A stretch of 64,000 bases of DNA from the NCBI GenBank assembly GCA_963728745.1, contig CAVSKY010000006.1:673030-737029 (forward strand), read 5' to 3'. Below, in pieces: positions 28,264-39,269 of the stretch. Made by a program: the position numbers and the translations under genes. This DNA is from an uncultured Chloroflexia bacterium (GTDB lineage Bacteria > Chloroflexota > Limnocylindria > Limnocylindrales > CSP1-4). The notes under the pieces were generated by a model. It was not told the DNA's origin, did no database searches, and saw nothing but the letters and a program-made list of their open reading frames with translations. Positions within the stretch are counted from its first letter, which is position 1. Each line of letters begins with the position of its first letter.

Positions 28264-28512
28264 TTACACCTCGACCGGGACTGGATAGACCTCGGTCGCT
28301 GGGTGGCCGGCTCGCTCGTGGATCTTCTGCACCGCTTCGGCGTTGGGCGCTTCCGACACGCACCAGACCATGCCCGAATCCGGGTCGCCCCATGCGCGCT
28401 GGAAGTCCACGCCTTCATCGTCCTGGATATCCAGATCAGCCTGGTGCGCCGCCTTGAGCGCTTCCGGTGTGATGCCATGCATCCCGTGATGGACGTCCAT
28501 GTACTTCGGCAT
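28264..28512 (-). CDS. DUF4242-like small protein (SCO4226-like fold)
   Basis: 82 aa. MPKYMDVHHG...WCVSEAPNAEAVQKIHERAGHPATEVYPV matches my recollection of the DUF4242 pattern (MP-x-[FY]MDVH ... C-x-x-EAP-x-AE ... H). Confidence 0.7.
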   Translation of the reverse strand: MPKYMDVHHGMHGITPEALKAAHQADLDIQDDEGVDFQRAWGDPDSGMVWCVSEAPNAEAVQKIHERAGHPATEVYPVPVEV

Positions 28513-28633
28513 CGCGACTCCTCCTGAGCTACCCCGTACTGCGAAATCGTATACCCGAGACCGCCTGCCGATCGACTCGAGGCGCCGTCGTGACGATCAG
28601 GCCGGCTGAGCGTCTCCACAACGGGACACCGTC

Positions 28634-29455
28634 ATGATCCTCCTGGAGACGCGAGTGGACACCAACGAATCGCTTGGCTACGACGACCTGTGGCGACGGG
28701 TCCTGGCAGGAACGCAATCGCAGATGCGCTCCGGTCGTCGTTTGCTTGCTCGCATCCCAGGCGAACCACGCTGCAAGCTGTGCGCCGCTCCGCTCCGCGG
28801 TATCGCGAGCCCGGTGATGCGCCTGATCGGGAAGGCTCCCTGGCCCAAGAACCCGAAGTACTGCAGCTCGTGCTTCAGGCAGTTGACCGATCACCACGGG
28901 GGTGCCGAGATCGACTGCAGCCTGTTGTTCGCGGACGTTCGCGCATCGACTTCGTTGGCCGAGGAGATGCGACCGTCCGAGGTGTACGAGCTCATGGACG
29001 GGTTCTTCGGCACGGCGGCGCGCGTCCTGGTCGCGCATGACGCGATCGTCGATCGGTTCGTCGGCGACCAAGCCATCGGGATCTTCGTTCCCGCACTCGC
29101 CGGCTCCCACCACGCCGCGCGTGCGGTCGAGGCTGCGCAAGCCTTGATCGCCGCGACAGCTGGCGACGGAGAGGAACCGTCCGCCCCGATCGGCGTGGGC
29201 GTTCACACCGGGATCGCCTTCGTGGGATCCGTCGGCTCGGAATCGCACGTCGATCTGACCGCTCTTGGCGACACGGTGAATATCGCTGCGCGCCTCGCGT
29301 CAGCAGCAGGCCCTGGCGAGATCCTCGTGACGGTCGATGCTGCGAAGGATGGTGGCGTGGATGCGAACGACCTCGAGCGGCGCGAGCTCTCGCTCAAAGG
29401 CAAGAGCGTGTCGACGTCGGTCCTCGTGCTGCACGGCAACGATGCTCGCCAGTGA
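28634..29455 (+). CDS. class III adenylate/guanylate cyclase with N-terminal zinc-ribbon
   Basis: CKLCAAPL...CSSCF N-terminus. Cyclase core LLFADVRASTSL, RFVGDQAIGIF, GVHTGIAFVG and GDTVNIAARL. Confidence 0.88.
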   Translation: MILLETRVDTNESLGYDDLWRRVLAGTQSQMRSGRRLLARIPGEPRCKLCAAPLRGIASPVMRLIGKAPWPKNPKYCSSCFRQLTDHHGGAEIDCSLLFADVRASTSLAEEMRPSEVYELMDGFFGTAARVLVAHDAIVDRFVGDQAIGIFVPALAGSHHAARAVEAAQALIAATAGDGEEPSAPIGVGVHTGIAFVGSVGSESHVDLTALGDTVNIAARLASAAGPGEILVTVDAAKDGGVDANDLERRELSLKGKSVSTSVLVLHGNDARQ

Positions 29456-29463
29456 GGACGACC

Positions 29464-29955
29464 TCACTCCAGTGGCTGCGCGCTCTCACCCTCTCCGGGC
29501 TTCCAGATCGTGATGGCCAGCTGGCCATCCTTGAACTCGACTGACGACGCACCGGCGATGTCGGCGACGTAGAACGGGTCGAACGCCTGCCCCCGCAAGT
29601 CGAACCCCGATTCCGCCATGAGGTGGTCGGCGAACCGCTTGTGCAGGTCCTTGTCCTGCACGTTCCGGGCGTCGCCCCACAGCTTGGCATCGCCATCGCC
29701 GACGTAGGTGTCGACCGTAGCTGTGTGCAGACTGAACCGCGGGTCGCGGGCCAGGTCCCGGAACTTCGAGGTGTTCGGCATTCCGATGAGCAGGAGTCGA
29801 CCCTCGAAGATGCGTGGCTCCATCGGGCTGATCCGCGGATAGCCGTCCGACCGAAGCGTTGCCAGCATGCACAGGTTGCCGGTGGCAGCGTGCCGACGGG
29901 TGAAGACCTCGGCGATCCGCGGGGCTTGTTCCGCGAAATCCTTCCACTCGACCAT
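29464..29955 (-). CDS. pyridoxamine 5'-phosphate oxidase-family (FMN/F420-binding split-barrel) protein
   Basis: MVEWKDFAEQAPRIAEVFTRRHAATGNLCMLATLRSDGYPRISPMEP... is a typical PPOX-like N-terminus. ATG at 29955. Confidence 0.75.
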   Translation of the reverse strand: MVEWKDFAEQAPRIAEVFTRRHAATGNLCMLATLRSDGYPRISPMEPRIFEGRLLLIGMPNTSKFRDLARDPRFSLHTATVDTYVGDGDAKLWGDARNVQDKDLHKRFADHLMAESGFDLRGQAFDPFYVADIAGASSVEFKDGQLAITIWKPGEGESAQPLE

Positions 29956-29996
29956 CGACGTCCATCCTAGCCTCGGGCTCGTGTATACATGCACCG

Positions 29997-30380
29997 ATGC
30001 CGCGCGACCCGAACGTCCCGGATGCCTTCGACGTGTTCACGATGGTGCTCCTGCGCCGCCCGCCGGACGCGCCACAGCTGTCCGAGGACGCGCTCGAGGA
30101 GCTCCAGGCCCGCCACCTCGCCTACCGCGCCGAGCTTCGCCGCGCCGGCACCATCGTCGTCAACGGTCCGCTGGACGAGCAGTCGGACGTCGCGCTGCGC
30201 GGCCTTTCGATCTTCGCCTGCGACCTCGCTGAGGCGCGCCGACTGACCGAGGCCGACCCATCGGTGCAGGCCGGCCGGCTGTCCTACGACGTCTTCGAAT
30301 GGTGGGTGGCGGCCGGCACGATCGCCTTCCCCGAGGCGAACGGCCGGGTCGGCGAGCGTCGGTCGATGGCCGACGATTAG
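29997..30380 (+). CDS. YciI-family protein
   Basis: 127 aa. Pattern F-x-x-x-LLRRPP...HLAYRAELRRAGTIVVNGPL...EADPSVQAGRL is typical of YCII-related domain proteins. Confidence 0.75.
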   Translation: MPRDPNVPDAFDVFTMVLLRRPPDAPQLSEDALEELQARHLAYRAELRRAGTIVVNGPLDEQSDVALRGLSIFACDLAEARRLTEADPSVQAGRLSYDVFEWWVAAGTIAFPEANGRVGERRSMADD

Positions 30381-30392
30381 AACGCCAGCGGA

Positions 30393-30469
30393 TGGTGCCC
30401 CCAAGGGGATTCGAACCCCTGATCTCCACCTTGAAAGGGTGGCGTCCTAGGCCTCTAGACGATGGGGGC
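30393..30469 (-). tRNA. tRNA-Glu (anticodon TTC), CCA encoded
   Basis: The reverse complement GCCCCCATCGTCTAGAGGCCTAGGACGCCACCCTTTCAAGGTGGAGATCAGGGGTTCGAATCCCCTTGGGGGCACCA folds as a cloverleaf. It has a 7-bp acceptor stem, anticodon stem CCACC/GGTGG with loop CTTTCAA, and T-arm GGGGTTCGAATCCCC. Confidence 0.95.
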
Positions 30470-30513
30470 GTGCGGGCGGCGCACCGATGGCCGAGTCTAG
30501 CAGAGGGTCCCGC

Positions 30514-30943
30514 TCAGGCCGGACGGGCGGCCAACTGGAAGAGGATGATCGCGCCTGCCGCGAAGCCCGACGCGGCCATCGCCGCGCCACCGCCGACGAG
30601 GGCGGTCAGGATCGTGCGTCCGCCGCTGCCGCGCTCCAGGCCGGCGCGCCAGACCGTGCGCAGACAGAACGCGGCAAGCGCCCCGAACACGATGGCGAGG
30701 ACCACCGCGCCCGACGCGAGCAAGTGGGATCTGCGTCGCCTCGCGGACCGTGACCACGTACGCCATGTACGCGATGGAGCCGACGATCGCGATGACCAGG
30801 AAGATGGCGACCGGCGAGATACCTCGCCTGCGCTCCTCGGGCTCGTAGCCGGGATCGTCGTCGTAGTCCACGTAGTCATCGGTCTCCAGATCTCCGCCGC
30901 GGGGATCGGCATATGGATCCCGGCGGATGCGGCGCTCGGTCAT
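30514..30943 (-). pseudogene. small membrane protein, +1 frame disruption
   Basis: ATG 30943 overlaps the upstream stop (ATGA). MTERRIRRDPYADPRGGDLETDDYVDYDDDPGYEPEERRRGISPVAIFLVIAIVGSIAYMAYVVTVREATQI continues sensibly only in the +1 frame (HLLASGAVVLAIVFGALAAFCLRTVW...ILFQLAARPA). The junction is at about 30722-30732, at a CCC/GGG run. Confidence 0.55.
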
Positions 30944-31554
30944 GCGGGCTCCTTTCCCAGGGTCCGATGGTAGACCGCGACGTTGTATGACAGGCGCGGT
31001 CGGGTCAACCGACCGGCGAGCCGCCGCCCGTCCTCGCCGAAGGCCGCGTCGAGGAACGTCTGCGCGTCTTCGAGCGAGGGGAAGGTCCACCAGCAATGGA
31101 CGACGCGGATCTTGAAGCCCGCCGCGAGGAACGGGCCGTCGCGACGCGTCCACGGGCCGTACTCCGGTCGCTCACCGCGAAGCTCCGCCACGTCGTCGCG
31201 GCCGTAGTCGTGGATGACCAGCAGCCGACCACCCGGCCGGAGCAGTCTGCCCGCTTGCTCGATCGCATCCGAGTCGCCGCCGCGGAACGCGGACCACAGC
31301 CCGACGACGACATCGGCCGATCCGTCGGGCGCGTCGAACGGCGCCGGACCGCTCGAGTCGACGAGCGTGACCCGAGCGCCGCGTTCCGTCAGCTGTCGAG
31401 CGCGAAGACCGGCGGATCCATCGACGACGACGACGTCTCGCCCCTCCACCGGACCCAGCGTCTCGATCGCCCGCGGGATCTTGCCCTCGACATCCAGGAT
31501 CCGGGCCAGATGCTCTGACAGCCCGGTCTCCAGGTCGATGGGGAGATCAGCCAC
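30940..31554 (-). CDS. class I SAM-dependent methyltransferase
   Basis: Motif I VVVVDGSAGLRARQL and LLRPGGRLLVIHDY. GTG start at 31554. Confidence 0.8.
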   Translation of the reverse strand: MADLPIDLETGLSEHLARILDVEGKIPRAIETLGPVEGRDVVVVDGSAGLRARQLTERGARVTLVDSSGPAPFDAPDGSADVVVGLWSAFRGGDSDAIEQAGRLLRPGGRLLVIHDYGRDDVAELRGERPEYGPWTRRDGPFLAAGFKIRVVHCWWTFPSLEDAQTFLDAAFGEDGRRLAGRLTRPRLSYNVAVYHRTLGKEPA

Positions 31555-31593
31555 AGGGCGCGAAGTATAGGGCGGGGTCGAGCCGGGAGCGGC

Positions 31594-33108
31594 TCAGGTG
31601 GCGTCGACCGCGACGCGAAATGCGATGGCGCTGCGCCCCGGGATGGCGACGCGTGCCCGGCTATCGGCGAACACCGTCGGACTCGGTGCCGCACCGTCGG
31701 GCTCGGTCGAGAGCACCGGCTCCAATCGGCCGGTCGCGACGCCCTCGAGCGTGACCTCGAGCTCGGTCGGCCCATCGCCCGGGTTCAACGCCAGGATCAG
31801 CCTCTCGCCGTCGAGACGCCGTTCGATCGCCATGGCTGGGCCGGCAGCACCGATCGAGGTCGTGGCACCGTGGCGGAGCGCAGGCTCTGCGGCGCGGAGC
31901 ACGAGCACGTCCCGGACGAACGCGCGCAGGTCGCCGTCCCATCGGTCTGCCTCCCACGGGAATGCGCGTCGATTGTCCGGGTCGTTGCCGCCCGTGAGCC
32001 CGATCTCGTCGCCGTAGTAGATGCACGGAGCGCCGGGCAACATGCACTGGAGCAGGATCGCCATGCGCAGACCGGCGGTATCGCCGCCCAGGACCGTCAG
32101 TGCTCGCGGCGCGTCGTGCGAGGAGATGAGATTGAGCTGGACGGCGACGACGTCCGGGTCGTACACGCCGAGCAGCTCGACGAGGCGGTTCGCGAACCCG
32201 GGCCCATCCAGCGGTCGCAGGTGCTTCCGGTATTCGTGGTGGGCGTTGACCGCCGCCATGTCGAGCCGCGAACCGCCGACGTACCCCAGGATCGCCTCGG
32301 CCAGCGGATAGTTCATCAACGCATCGAACCGATCGCCTGCCACCCAGTCGGGCGCCGTCTCCCAGATCTCGCCGACCAGGTAGGCGTCCGGCCGCACGGC
32401 TCGGCAGCGCTGGCGGAATGCGGCCCAGAACGGCGGATCGTCGATCTCGCTGGGCACGTCAAGCCGCCAGCCGTCGATGCCGAATCGGAGCCAGTGCTCA
32501 CCCACCGACAACAGGTACTCGCGGACGTCGTGGTGGCTCGTGTTCAGCTTCGGCAGGGCGGGCAGGCTCCACCACGCCTCATAGCCCAGCCACGTCCCGC
32601 GCGGCGCGTCTCGCGGCGGGTACGGCAGCGGGTCGCGCCGTCCGGCGAGGACCTCCGGGTCGAGGTGGAACCAGTCACGGTACGGCGACGCGGGGCCGTT
32701 CTCGAGGATGTGGTGGAACGGCCAGAAGCCGCGCCCCGTGTGGTTGAAGACGCCATCGAGGATGACCCGCATGCCGCGCTCGTGGGCAAGGTCCAGCAGC
32801 TCGCGAAGCGCGCCATCCCCGCCCAGCAACGGATCGACGTGGAAGTAGTCGTACGTGTGGTAGCGGTGGTTCGACGCCGACTGGAAGATCGGCGTGAGAT
32901 AGATCGCCGTCACCCCGAGCTCGTCGAGGTAGTCGAGGTGCTCGGTCACGCCGAGCAGGTCGCCACCCTTGAAGCCATGGTTCGATGGCGGTGCATCCCA
33001 CGGCTCGAGCGGGCCCGGCTCGGGCACGCGTGGGCTCGACGCGAATCGATCGGGGAAGATCTGGTAGAAGACGGCGTCGCGGACCCAACCGGGCGTCTCG
33101 ACGGTCAC
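31594..33108 (-). CDS. glycoside hydrolase family 13 (maltodextrin glucosidase / neopullulanase-like alpha-amylase)
   Basis: N-terminus WVRDAVFYQIFPDRFA. GH13 conserved regions DGVFNHTG, GWRLDVPSEI, GEIWE and LISSHDAPR. The GTG start overlaps the LacI stop (GTGA). Confidence 0.92.
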   Translation of the reverse strand: MTVETPGWVRDAVFYQIFPDRFASSPRVPEPGPLEPWDAPPSNHGFKGGDLLGVTEHLDYLDELGVTAIYLTPIFQSASNHRYHTYDYFHVDPLLGGDGALRELLDLAHERGMRVILDGVFNHTGRGFWPFHHILENGPASPYRDWFHLDPEVLAGRRDPLPYPPRDAPRGTWLGYEAWWSLPALPKLNTSHHDVREYLLSVGEHWLRFGIDGWRLDVPSEIDDPPFWAAFRQRCRAVRPDAYLVGEIWETAPDWVAGDRFDALMNYPLAEAILGYVGGSRLDMAAVNAHHEYRKHLRPLDGPGFANRLVELLGVYDPDVVAVQLNLISSHDAPRALTVLGGDTAGLRMAILLQCMLPGAPCIYYGDEIGLTGGNDPDNRRAFPWEADRWDGDLRAFVRDVLVLRAAEPALRHGATTSIGAAGPAMAIERRLDGERLILALNPGDGPTELEVTLEGVATGRLEPVLSTEPDGAAPSPTVFADSRARVAIPGRSAIAFRVAVDAT

Positions 33109-34160
33109 GGCCGCCGGTGCGGTGGCACCGGCCCGGTGGAGCCACGGATGATCAACCGTGTCTCCAGCCGTCGATGCTCGGGCTGTGCTGGACCCCGTCG
33201 TTCGACGACGGTCAGAAGGGCACGGACCGCTTCCTCGCCCTTGCGACGGATCGGCTGATGGACCGTCGTGAGCGGGGGGTCGACGTGCGGGGCGAGATCG
33301 ATGTCATCGAAGCCGACGACGCTGACGTCGCCAGGGACATCGAGACGCAGGTCGCGTAAGGCGCGCATCGCGCCGATCGCCATCGCGTCGGACATCGCCA
33401 GGATCGCGGTCGGACGGAGGCCATCCTCGAAGGCGCCGGTCGTGGCGGCGATGCCGCCATCGATGCTCGCCGGCCCGACCACGACATGCTCGTCGGTGAG
33501 CTCGACACCGACGGCCGCGAAGGCTTCGCGATAGCCGCGCAGGCGGCGGCTGGTCACCCCCTCGGGATCCGGCCCGCCCGGCGCCGGCGGTTCGACGCCC
33601 AGGATCAGGACGTCGCGATGCCCCAGGCTGGCGATGTACGCGCCAGCCGCCTGTGCGCCGCCGACATCGTCGATCTCGACCGAGCCGTGCTCGGGCAGGG
33701 CGACCGAATCGACCAGCACGATCGGGATGCCTGCCCGCCTGATCTGCTCGACCTCCGGGTGGCCGTCGGACAAGCCGATGGCCACGACGCCGTCGACGGT
33801 CGCGCGGGTCATCGCGAGCGCCAGGCTCCCGTGCAGCGGCGAGATGAAGTGGAGGCCGTAGCCGTGCTCTTCGGCTGCGAGCGCCACGCCTTCGCTGAAC
33901 GCACCGAAGAACGGATTGCTGAAGATGACGCTCAGCGCCTGGGGTGTCAGCACGCCGATCGTCATCGTCTGCCGCTGGGTGAGCATCCGGGCGACGGGAT
34001 GCGGCGTATAGCCCAGTTGCTCGGCGACCTCACGGATCCGGATCGCCGTCTCTGGCGCGAGTCGGTCGGGCGCGTTGAAAGCGAACGACACGGCGGTCTT
34101 GCTGACGCCGGCCTCGCGGGCGACGTCGGCGATGCGCGCGCGCTGGGTCCGGGGTTCCAC
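33105..34160 (-). CDS. LacI-family transcriptional regulator
   Basis: HTH ARIADVAREAGVSKTAVSFAFN plus a periplasmic-binding-protein-like sugar-binding domain. GTG 34160 was chosen so the HTH sits near the N-terminus; the ORF stays open to 34262. Confidence 0.88.
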   Translation of the reverse strand: MEPRTQRARIADVAREAGVSKTAVSFAFNAPDRLAPETAIRIREVAEQLGYTPHPVARMLTQRQTMTIGVLTPQALSVIFSNPFFGAFSEGVALAAEEHGYGLHFISPLHGSLALAMTRATVDGVVAIGLSDGHPEVEQIRRAGIPIVLVDSVALPEHGSVEIDDVGGAQAAGAYIASLGHRDVLILGVEPPAPGGPDPEGVTSRRLRGYREAFAAVGVELTDEHVVVGPASIDGGIAATTGAFEDGLRPTAILAMSDAMAIGAMRALRDLRLDVPGDVSVVGFDDIDLAPHVDPPLTTVHQPIRRKGEEAVRALLTVVERRGPAQPEHRRLETRLIIRGSTGPVPPHRRP

Positions 34161-34342
34161 CAGGCTCGACTCCGCTTCACGGACGTGTCCGTCGCTCGCG
34201 ATGCGGGGCCGTCGCAGGAGGGGGTGGCGCGACGGCCGGCATCGTGCAAACCGGTTTAGCAAACCGGTTTAGGCGACTCTACGCAGCGCGTTCTTCGGTG
34301 TCAAGCCGCAAATTCGTGGCCGGCCCGCAGCCGGCCGTGGAG

Positions 34343-35461
<1,119 letters not shown>

Positions 35462-35633
35462 CGACGCACTCCTCCATCCCCAGCTCCATCGCGGGTCCAT
35501 GCATCCCAGTCGCCGAAGCGATGTCCCGCACGAAGGCGGAACGCGGACGGACCCCGTACGTGCAGCGTCGGGTCAGTGCATCGTAGGGGCGACCGCCGAC
35601 TGCTTCAAGCCCGGACTGGTCTACGATCGGCCG

Positions 35634-36008
35634 ATGGTCGCCACGATCCGCGGCATGCCGGCGGGCATCCGCCTCTTCATGCTGTACGCCCTCGTGATCC
35701 TCGCTGGGATCGGGCTGAGCCTGCGCTACGTGGTCGACCAGGCGATCGCGGCACCGGTCAGCCTGCCGGGGATCGTGGTGATGGTCCTGCTCGCGTACAC
35801 GATCTTCACCACCACCCTGGTCTTGCAGCGGAAGCAGGCCGCATTCGGCCTGGCGGTCGGTCTGGCCAGCCTCACGATCCCGCTGGTCCTGCTGCTGGCC
35901 ATCAGCCCGGTCCATCCGGCTCTGCCAGTCTTCACGGCCGCAGTCGCCCTGCTGCTCTTCCGCGGCCTGCTGCGACCCGAGGTTCGCGCCTACCTGTCCG
36001 AGACCTGA
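35634..36008 (+). CDS. hypothetical small membrane protein (4 TM)
   Basis: From ATG 35634: MVATIRGMPAGIRLFMLYALVILAGIGLS..., with four hydrophobic helices. The upstream part of the ORF overlaps the ATPase gene start region. Confidence 0.6.
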   Translation: MVATIRGMPAGIRLFMLYALVILAGIGLSLRYVVDQAIAAPVSLPGIVVMVLLAYTIFTTTLVLQRKQAAFGLAVGLASLTIPLVLLLAISPVHPALPVFTAAVALLLFRGLLRPEVRAYLSET

Positions 36009-36123
36009 GGGCTGTCGCGCGCGAGAACAGGACGGGCCGGGTACGCTCTGGGCGCGCGGCCTTCGTCGCCGCCGGATCCGATCCCGATCCGGCGACCCCT
36101 TCGACCGCACCGAGGCAGCACCA

Positions 36124-37059
36124 TTGAGCAAGGAATCACGCCGGCGTCAGCGCATGGCCGGCCAACCGCCCGGAGCGCGCCCCGGCAGCGGCGATGACCG
36201 CTCCGCCGCGCCGATCCCATCGGGCACCCGTCCCGGCGCGAGCCGGCCGTCGACCGCCCAGCGCAGCCCTGAACGTGCGGGCCGGCGCGAACGCGCTCGC
36301 CCGGCGCCGCGCGGTTCCTTCGTCCAGCGCTATCGGTCCTGGCTGCTCGCGGCAGCCGTCGTTGCCGTCGTCGCGATCGTCGGCGCGGGCGTCTTCTCGG
36401 CCGCGACGCAGCCGGCCTTCGCCTGCTCGATGGAATGGGTGCCGGACCCGACGTCCAGTCCGGCTACTGGCGCCTCGCCCCAGCCTGGCTACGTCCAGCC
36501 CGATATGGGCAACGCGCACGTCGCGACCGGCACGGTCATCCGGTACACCTACTGTCCACCCGCGTCAGGCCGGCATTTCAACCAATCAGGTGTCGGACCG
36601 ATCCCCGCCCGACCCTATGGTCCGAACGACGGCGTGATCCCACAGGGCTGGGTCCACAACCTCGAGCATGGCGGTCTCGTGATCCTGTACCGCGGCGCCG
36701 AGGCCGATCAGGCCGCGCTCCGCGCGCTCTTCGACGCAGTCCCGGTGAGCCCGGTCTGCGGGTTCGAGCCAGGCGGATCGGCGCCCGGTCCTGTGATCGC
36801 TCGATTCGACCAGATGGCCTGGCCGTTCGCAGCCATCGTGTGGGATCGCGTGCTGCCACTCGAGACGCTCGACCAGGCGGCGATCTTCGACTTCTACGCG
36901 CGCTATGCCGAGCGGGCGAACCCGGAGAAGCTCTGCCCGGTGCCCGAACCCAGCGCTGGGCCGAGCGCGAGTGGCTCGGTCGCGCCATCGGCGAGCCCGT
37001 CAGCAGCGCCGAGTGTGTCAGCGGCGCCGAGCGCCTCGCCGGCCGCCTCGCCGAGCTGA
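36124..37059 (+). CDS. DUF3105-like membrane-anchored protein
   Basis: Basic N-terminus, one TM (WLLAAAVVAVVAIVGAGVF), a conserved core (YTYCPPASGRH...GWVHNLEHGGLVILYRG) and a Pro/Ala/Ser tail. The start is TTG 36124 or ATG 36154. Confidence 0.75.
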   Translation: MSKESRRRQRMAGQPPGARPGSGDDRSAAPIPSGTRPGASRPSTAQRSPERAGRRERARPAPRGSFVQRYRSWLLAAAVVAVVAIVGAGVFSAATQPAFACSMEWVPDPTSSPATGASPQPGYVQPDMGNAHVATGTVIRYTYCPPASGRHFNQSGVGPIPARPYGPNDGVIPQGWVHNLEHGGLVILYRGAEADQAALRALFDAVPVSPVCGFEPGGSAPGPVIARFDQMAWPFAAIVWDRVLPLETLDQAAIFDFYARYAERANPEKLCPVPEPSAGPSASGSVAPSASPSAAPSVSAAPSASPAASPS

Positions 37060-37070
37060 TCCCCGCCAGG

Positions 37071-37970
37071 ATGCGTCTCTGCCTATTCGAGGACCCATCG
37101 GACGGACAGACGGTCGGCCTCATCACGGCCGACGATCGAGTGATACCGATGCCCTTCTGGGGGATTACGTCAGCACTCATCGAAGAGGATGACCTCTCCC
37201 TGATCCGACGGATGGCCGACACCCTTCGAGGTGCACGTGGCCTGGAGCGGGAAGGTCTGAAGCTTGTCGCGCCGATCCACCCGGGCAAGATCGTCTGCGT
37301 GGGATTGAACTACGGCGACCATGTCGCCGAGGGCGGTCGTCCGGCCCCCGACCGTCCACTGCTCTTCTCGAAGTTCGCCAACACCGTCATCGGTGATGGG
37401 GAACCCATCGTCCGTCCCGAGGGAACGCATGCGCTCGACCTCGAGGTCGAACTCGGGGTCGTCATCGGTCGGACGGCCCGCCGTGTCCGCCGGGCCGACG
37501 CGATGTCGCACGTCGCGGGTTACGTCGTGGTGAACGACGTCAGTGCCCGCGACTGGCAGGGCGTGCCGGCCGCGCTCCGCGAGGGGGAGAAGGGCGACGG
37601 CCAGTGGCTGCGCGCGAAGGGCAGCGACACGTTCCTGCCGATGGGACCGGTCTTCGTGACGGCCGACGAGCTCGATCCGGCCGACGGCCTCCGCCTCCGG
37701 AGCTGGCGCATCACCCCGGACGGGACCGAGCACCTCATGCAGGACGGCACGACCGCCGACATGATCTGGGACGTGCCGGCGCTGATCGAGTACATCACGG
37801 CCGCCGTTACCCTCGAACCCGGCGACGTCATCGCGACCGGCACCCCGGCCGGTGTCGGCGTCTTCCGCGACCCGCCGGTGTTCCTGGAGCCCGGCGACCG
37901 AGTGCGCTGCGAGATCGACGGGATCGGCTCGGTCGAGAACCCGATCATCGACTGGTCGGAGGCGAGCTAG
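37071..37970 (+). CDS. fumarylacetoacetate hydrolase (FAH) family protein
   Basis: PGKIVCVGLNYGDHVAE, LFSKFANTVIG, LDLEVELGVVIG, NDVSARDWQ and GDVIATGTPAGVG. ATG at 37071. Confidence 0.88.
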   Translation: MRLCLFEDPSDGQTVGLITADDRVIPMPFWGITSALIEEDDLSLIRRMADTLRGARGLEREGLKLVAPIHPGKIVCVGLNYGDHVAEGGRPAPDRPLLFSKFANTVIGDGEPIVRPEGTHALDLEVELGVVIGRTARRVRRADAMSHVAGYVVVNDVSARDWQGVPAALREGEKGDGQWLRAKGSDTFLPMGPVFVTADELDPADGLRLRSWRITPDGTEHLMQDGTTADMIWDVPALIEYITAAVTLEPGDVIATGTPAGVGVFRDPPVFLEPGDRVRCEIDGIGSVENPIIDWSEAS

Positions 37971-38219
37971 CGCGAGGCACCTTCGCGTTCAGTCATACGC
38001 GGACCAGCGACGCTCGGATCGACGCGGGAAGCGGCTGATCTGCTGCGCGCTCAGTCTCGGGGTGACTAGACGCGCAGGAAACCGGCCGGGCCGCCCGAGC
38101 CCTAGTCGTGGAAGGACTGAACGAGAAGTTCCGCCGGGCGGCGCGTGCCCGTGGTGAATGCGCACCACTACCGCAAACCGCTCCGCGCAACACCGAGCGC
38201 CCCACGGTACGCTCCGGAC

Positions 38220-39248
38220 GTGAAGGCACTGGTCAAGACCACACCGGGACCCGGCCTCGAGCTGGTCGATGTCCCCGCGCCGCCGATGACGATCAACGAC
38301 GTGCGCATCCGCGTTCGAAAGACCGGCATCTGTGGGACCGACCTGCACATCGCGGACTGGGATCCCTGGGCACAGAAGACGATCAAGCCACCGCTCATCG
38401 TCGGCCATGAGTTCGTCGGCGAGATCCTCGAGATCGGCAGCAACGTCCATGACCTCGCGCCCGGTGACATCGTCAGCGGCGAGGGTCACGTGGTGTGCGG
38501 GCGGTGCCGCCATTGCCGTGCCGGCCGCTGGCATCTGTGCGCCAACACGGTCGGGCTGGGCGTCCAGCGCGACGGGGCCTTCGCGGAGCAGGTCGTCCTG
38601 CCCGTGACGAACGTCTGGCATCACTGGCCGGGCATCGACGAGGACGTGGCGGCGATCTTCGACCCGTTCGGCAACGCGGTCCACACCGCGCTCGCGTTCC
38701 CCGTCCTCGGCGAGGACGTCCTCGTGGTCGGCGCCGGCCCGATCGGCCTGATGGCGACCGCCGTGGCCCGTCATGCCGGTGCCCGGTTCATCGTTGTCAG
38801 CGAACCGAGCGCGACGCGTCGCGATTTGGCGACCACGATGGGCGCAACCCTCGTCGTCGACCCGCGCGAACGCGAGCTCAAGGACGCTCAGCGTGAGCTC
38901 GGCATGGTCGAGGGCTTCGATGTCGTCTTCGAGATGTCGGGCAACCCGGGTGCCCTCCGGGACGCCCTGGCGAACATGGCGCACGGCGCCGGGATGGCGA
39001 TCCTGGGCATCCCGACCGAGGAGGTCCCGATCGACGTGAGCCGGATCGTCTTCGATCAGCTGCGGCTGCAGGGCATCTACGGCCGGGAGATGTACGAGAC
39101 CTGGTACAAGATGTCGGTCATGCTCAAGTCGGGCCTCGACATCGCACCCGTGATCACCCACCGGTTCGGCTATCGCGACCACGAGAAGGCCTTCGCCGCC
39201 GCACGTACCGGCGATTCCGGCAAAGTGGTGATGGACTGGACGACATGA
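38220..39248 (+). CDS. tdh: L-threonine 3-dehydrogenase
   Basis: Collinear with E. coli Tdh as I recall it: VKALVK..., [70 protein letters not shown] and ITHRF. GTG at 38220. Confidence 0.95.
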   Translation: MKALVKTTPGPGLELVDVPAPPMTINDVRIRVRKTGICGTDLHIADWDPWAQKTIKPPLIVGHEFVGEILEIGSNVHDLAPGDIVSGEGHVVCGRCRHCRAGRWHLCANTVGLGVQRDGAFAEQVVLPVTNVWHHWPGIDEDVAAIFDPFGNAVHTALAFPVLGEDVLVVGAGPIGLMATAVARHAGARFIVVSEPSATRRDLATTMGATLVVDPRERELKDAQRELGMVEGFDVVFEMSGNPGALRDALANMAHGAGMAILGIPTEEVPIDVSRIVFDQLRLQGIYGREMYETWYKMSVMLKSGLDIAPVITHRFGYRDHEKAFAAARTGDSGKVVMDWTT

Positions 39249-39269
39249 GATGACGACGATGCCCGTCCC

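Noticed and set aside
29464-30520. The tRNA-Glu, considered as an integration site of a genomic island.
   Set aside because: There is no integrase, no direct repeat of the tRNA 3' end and no compositional break on either side. The neighbours are ordinary small metabolic genes.
37971-38219. The 250-nt region upstream of tdh-kbl, considered as a glycine riboswitch or other known leader.
   Set aside because: I could not find the glycine-riboswitch core blocks (GGAGAG ... CACCG ... ACCGAAGGGGCAA type). Only generic GC hairpins are present, for example CTCGGG...CCCGAG.
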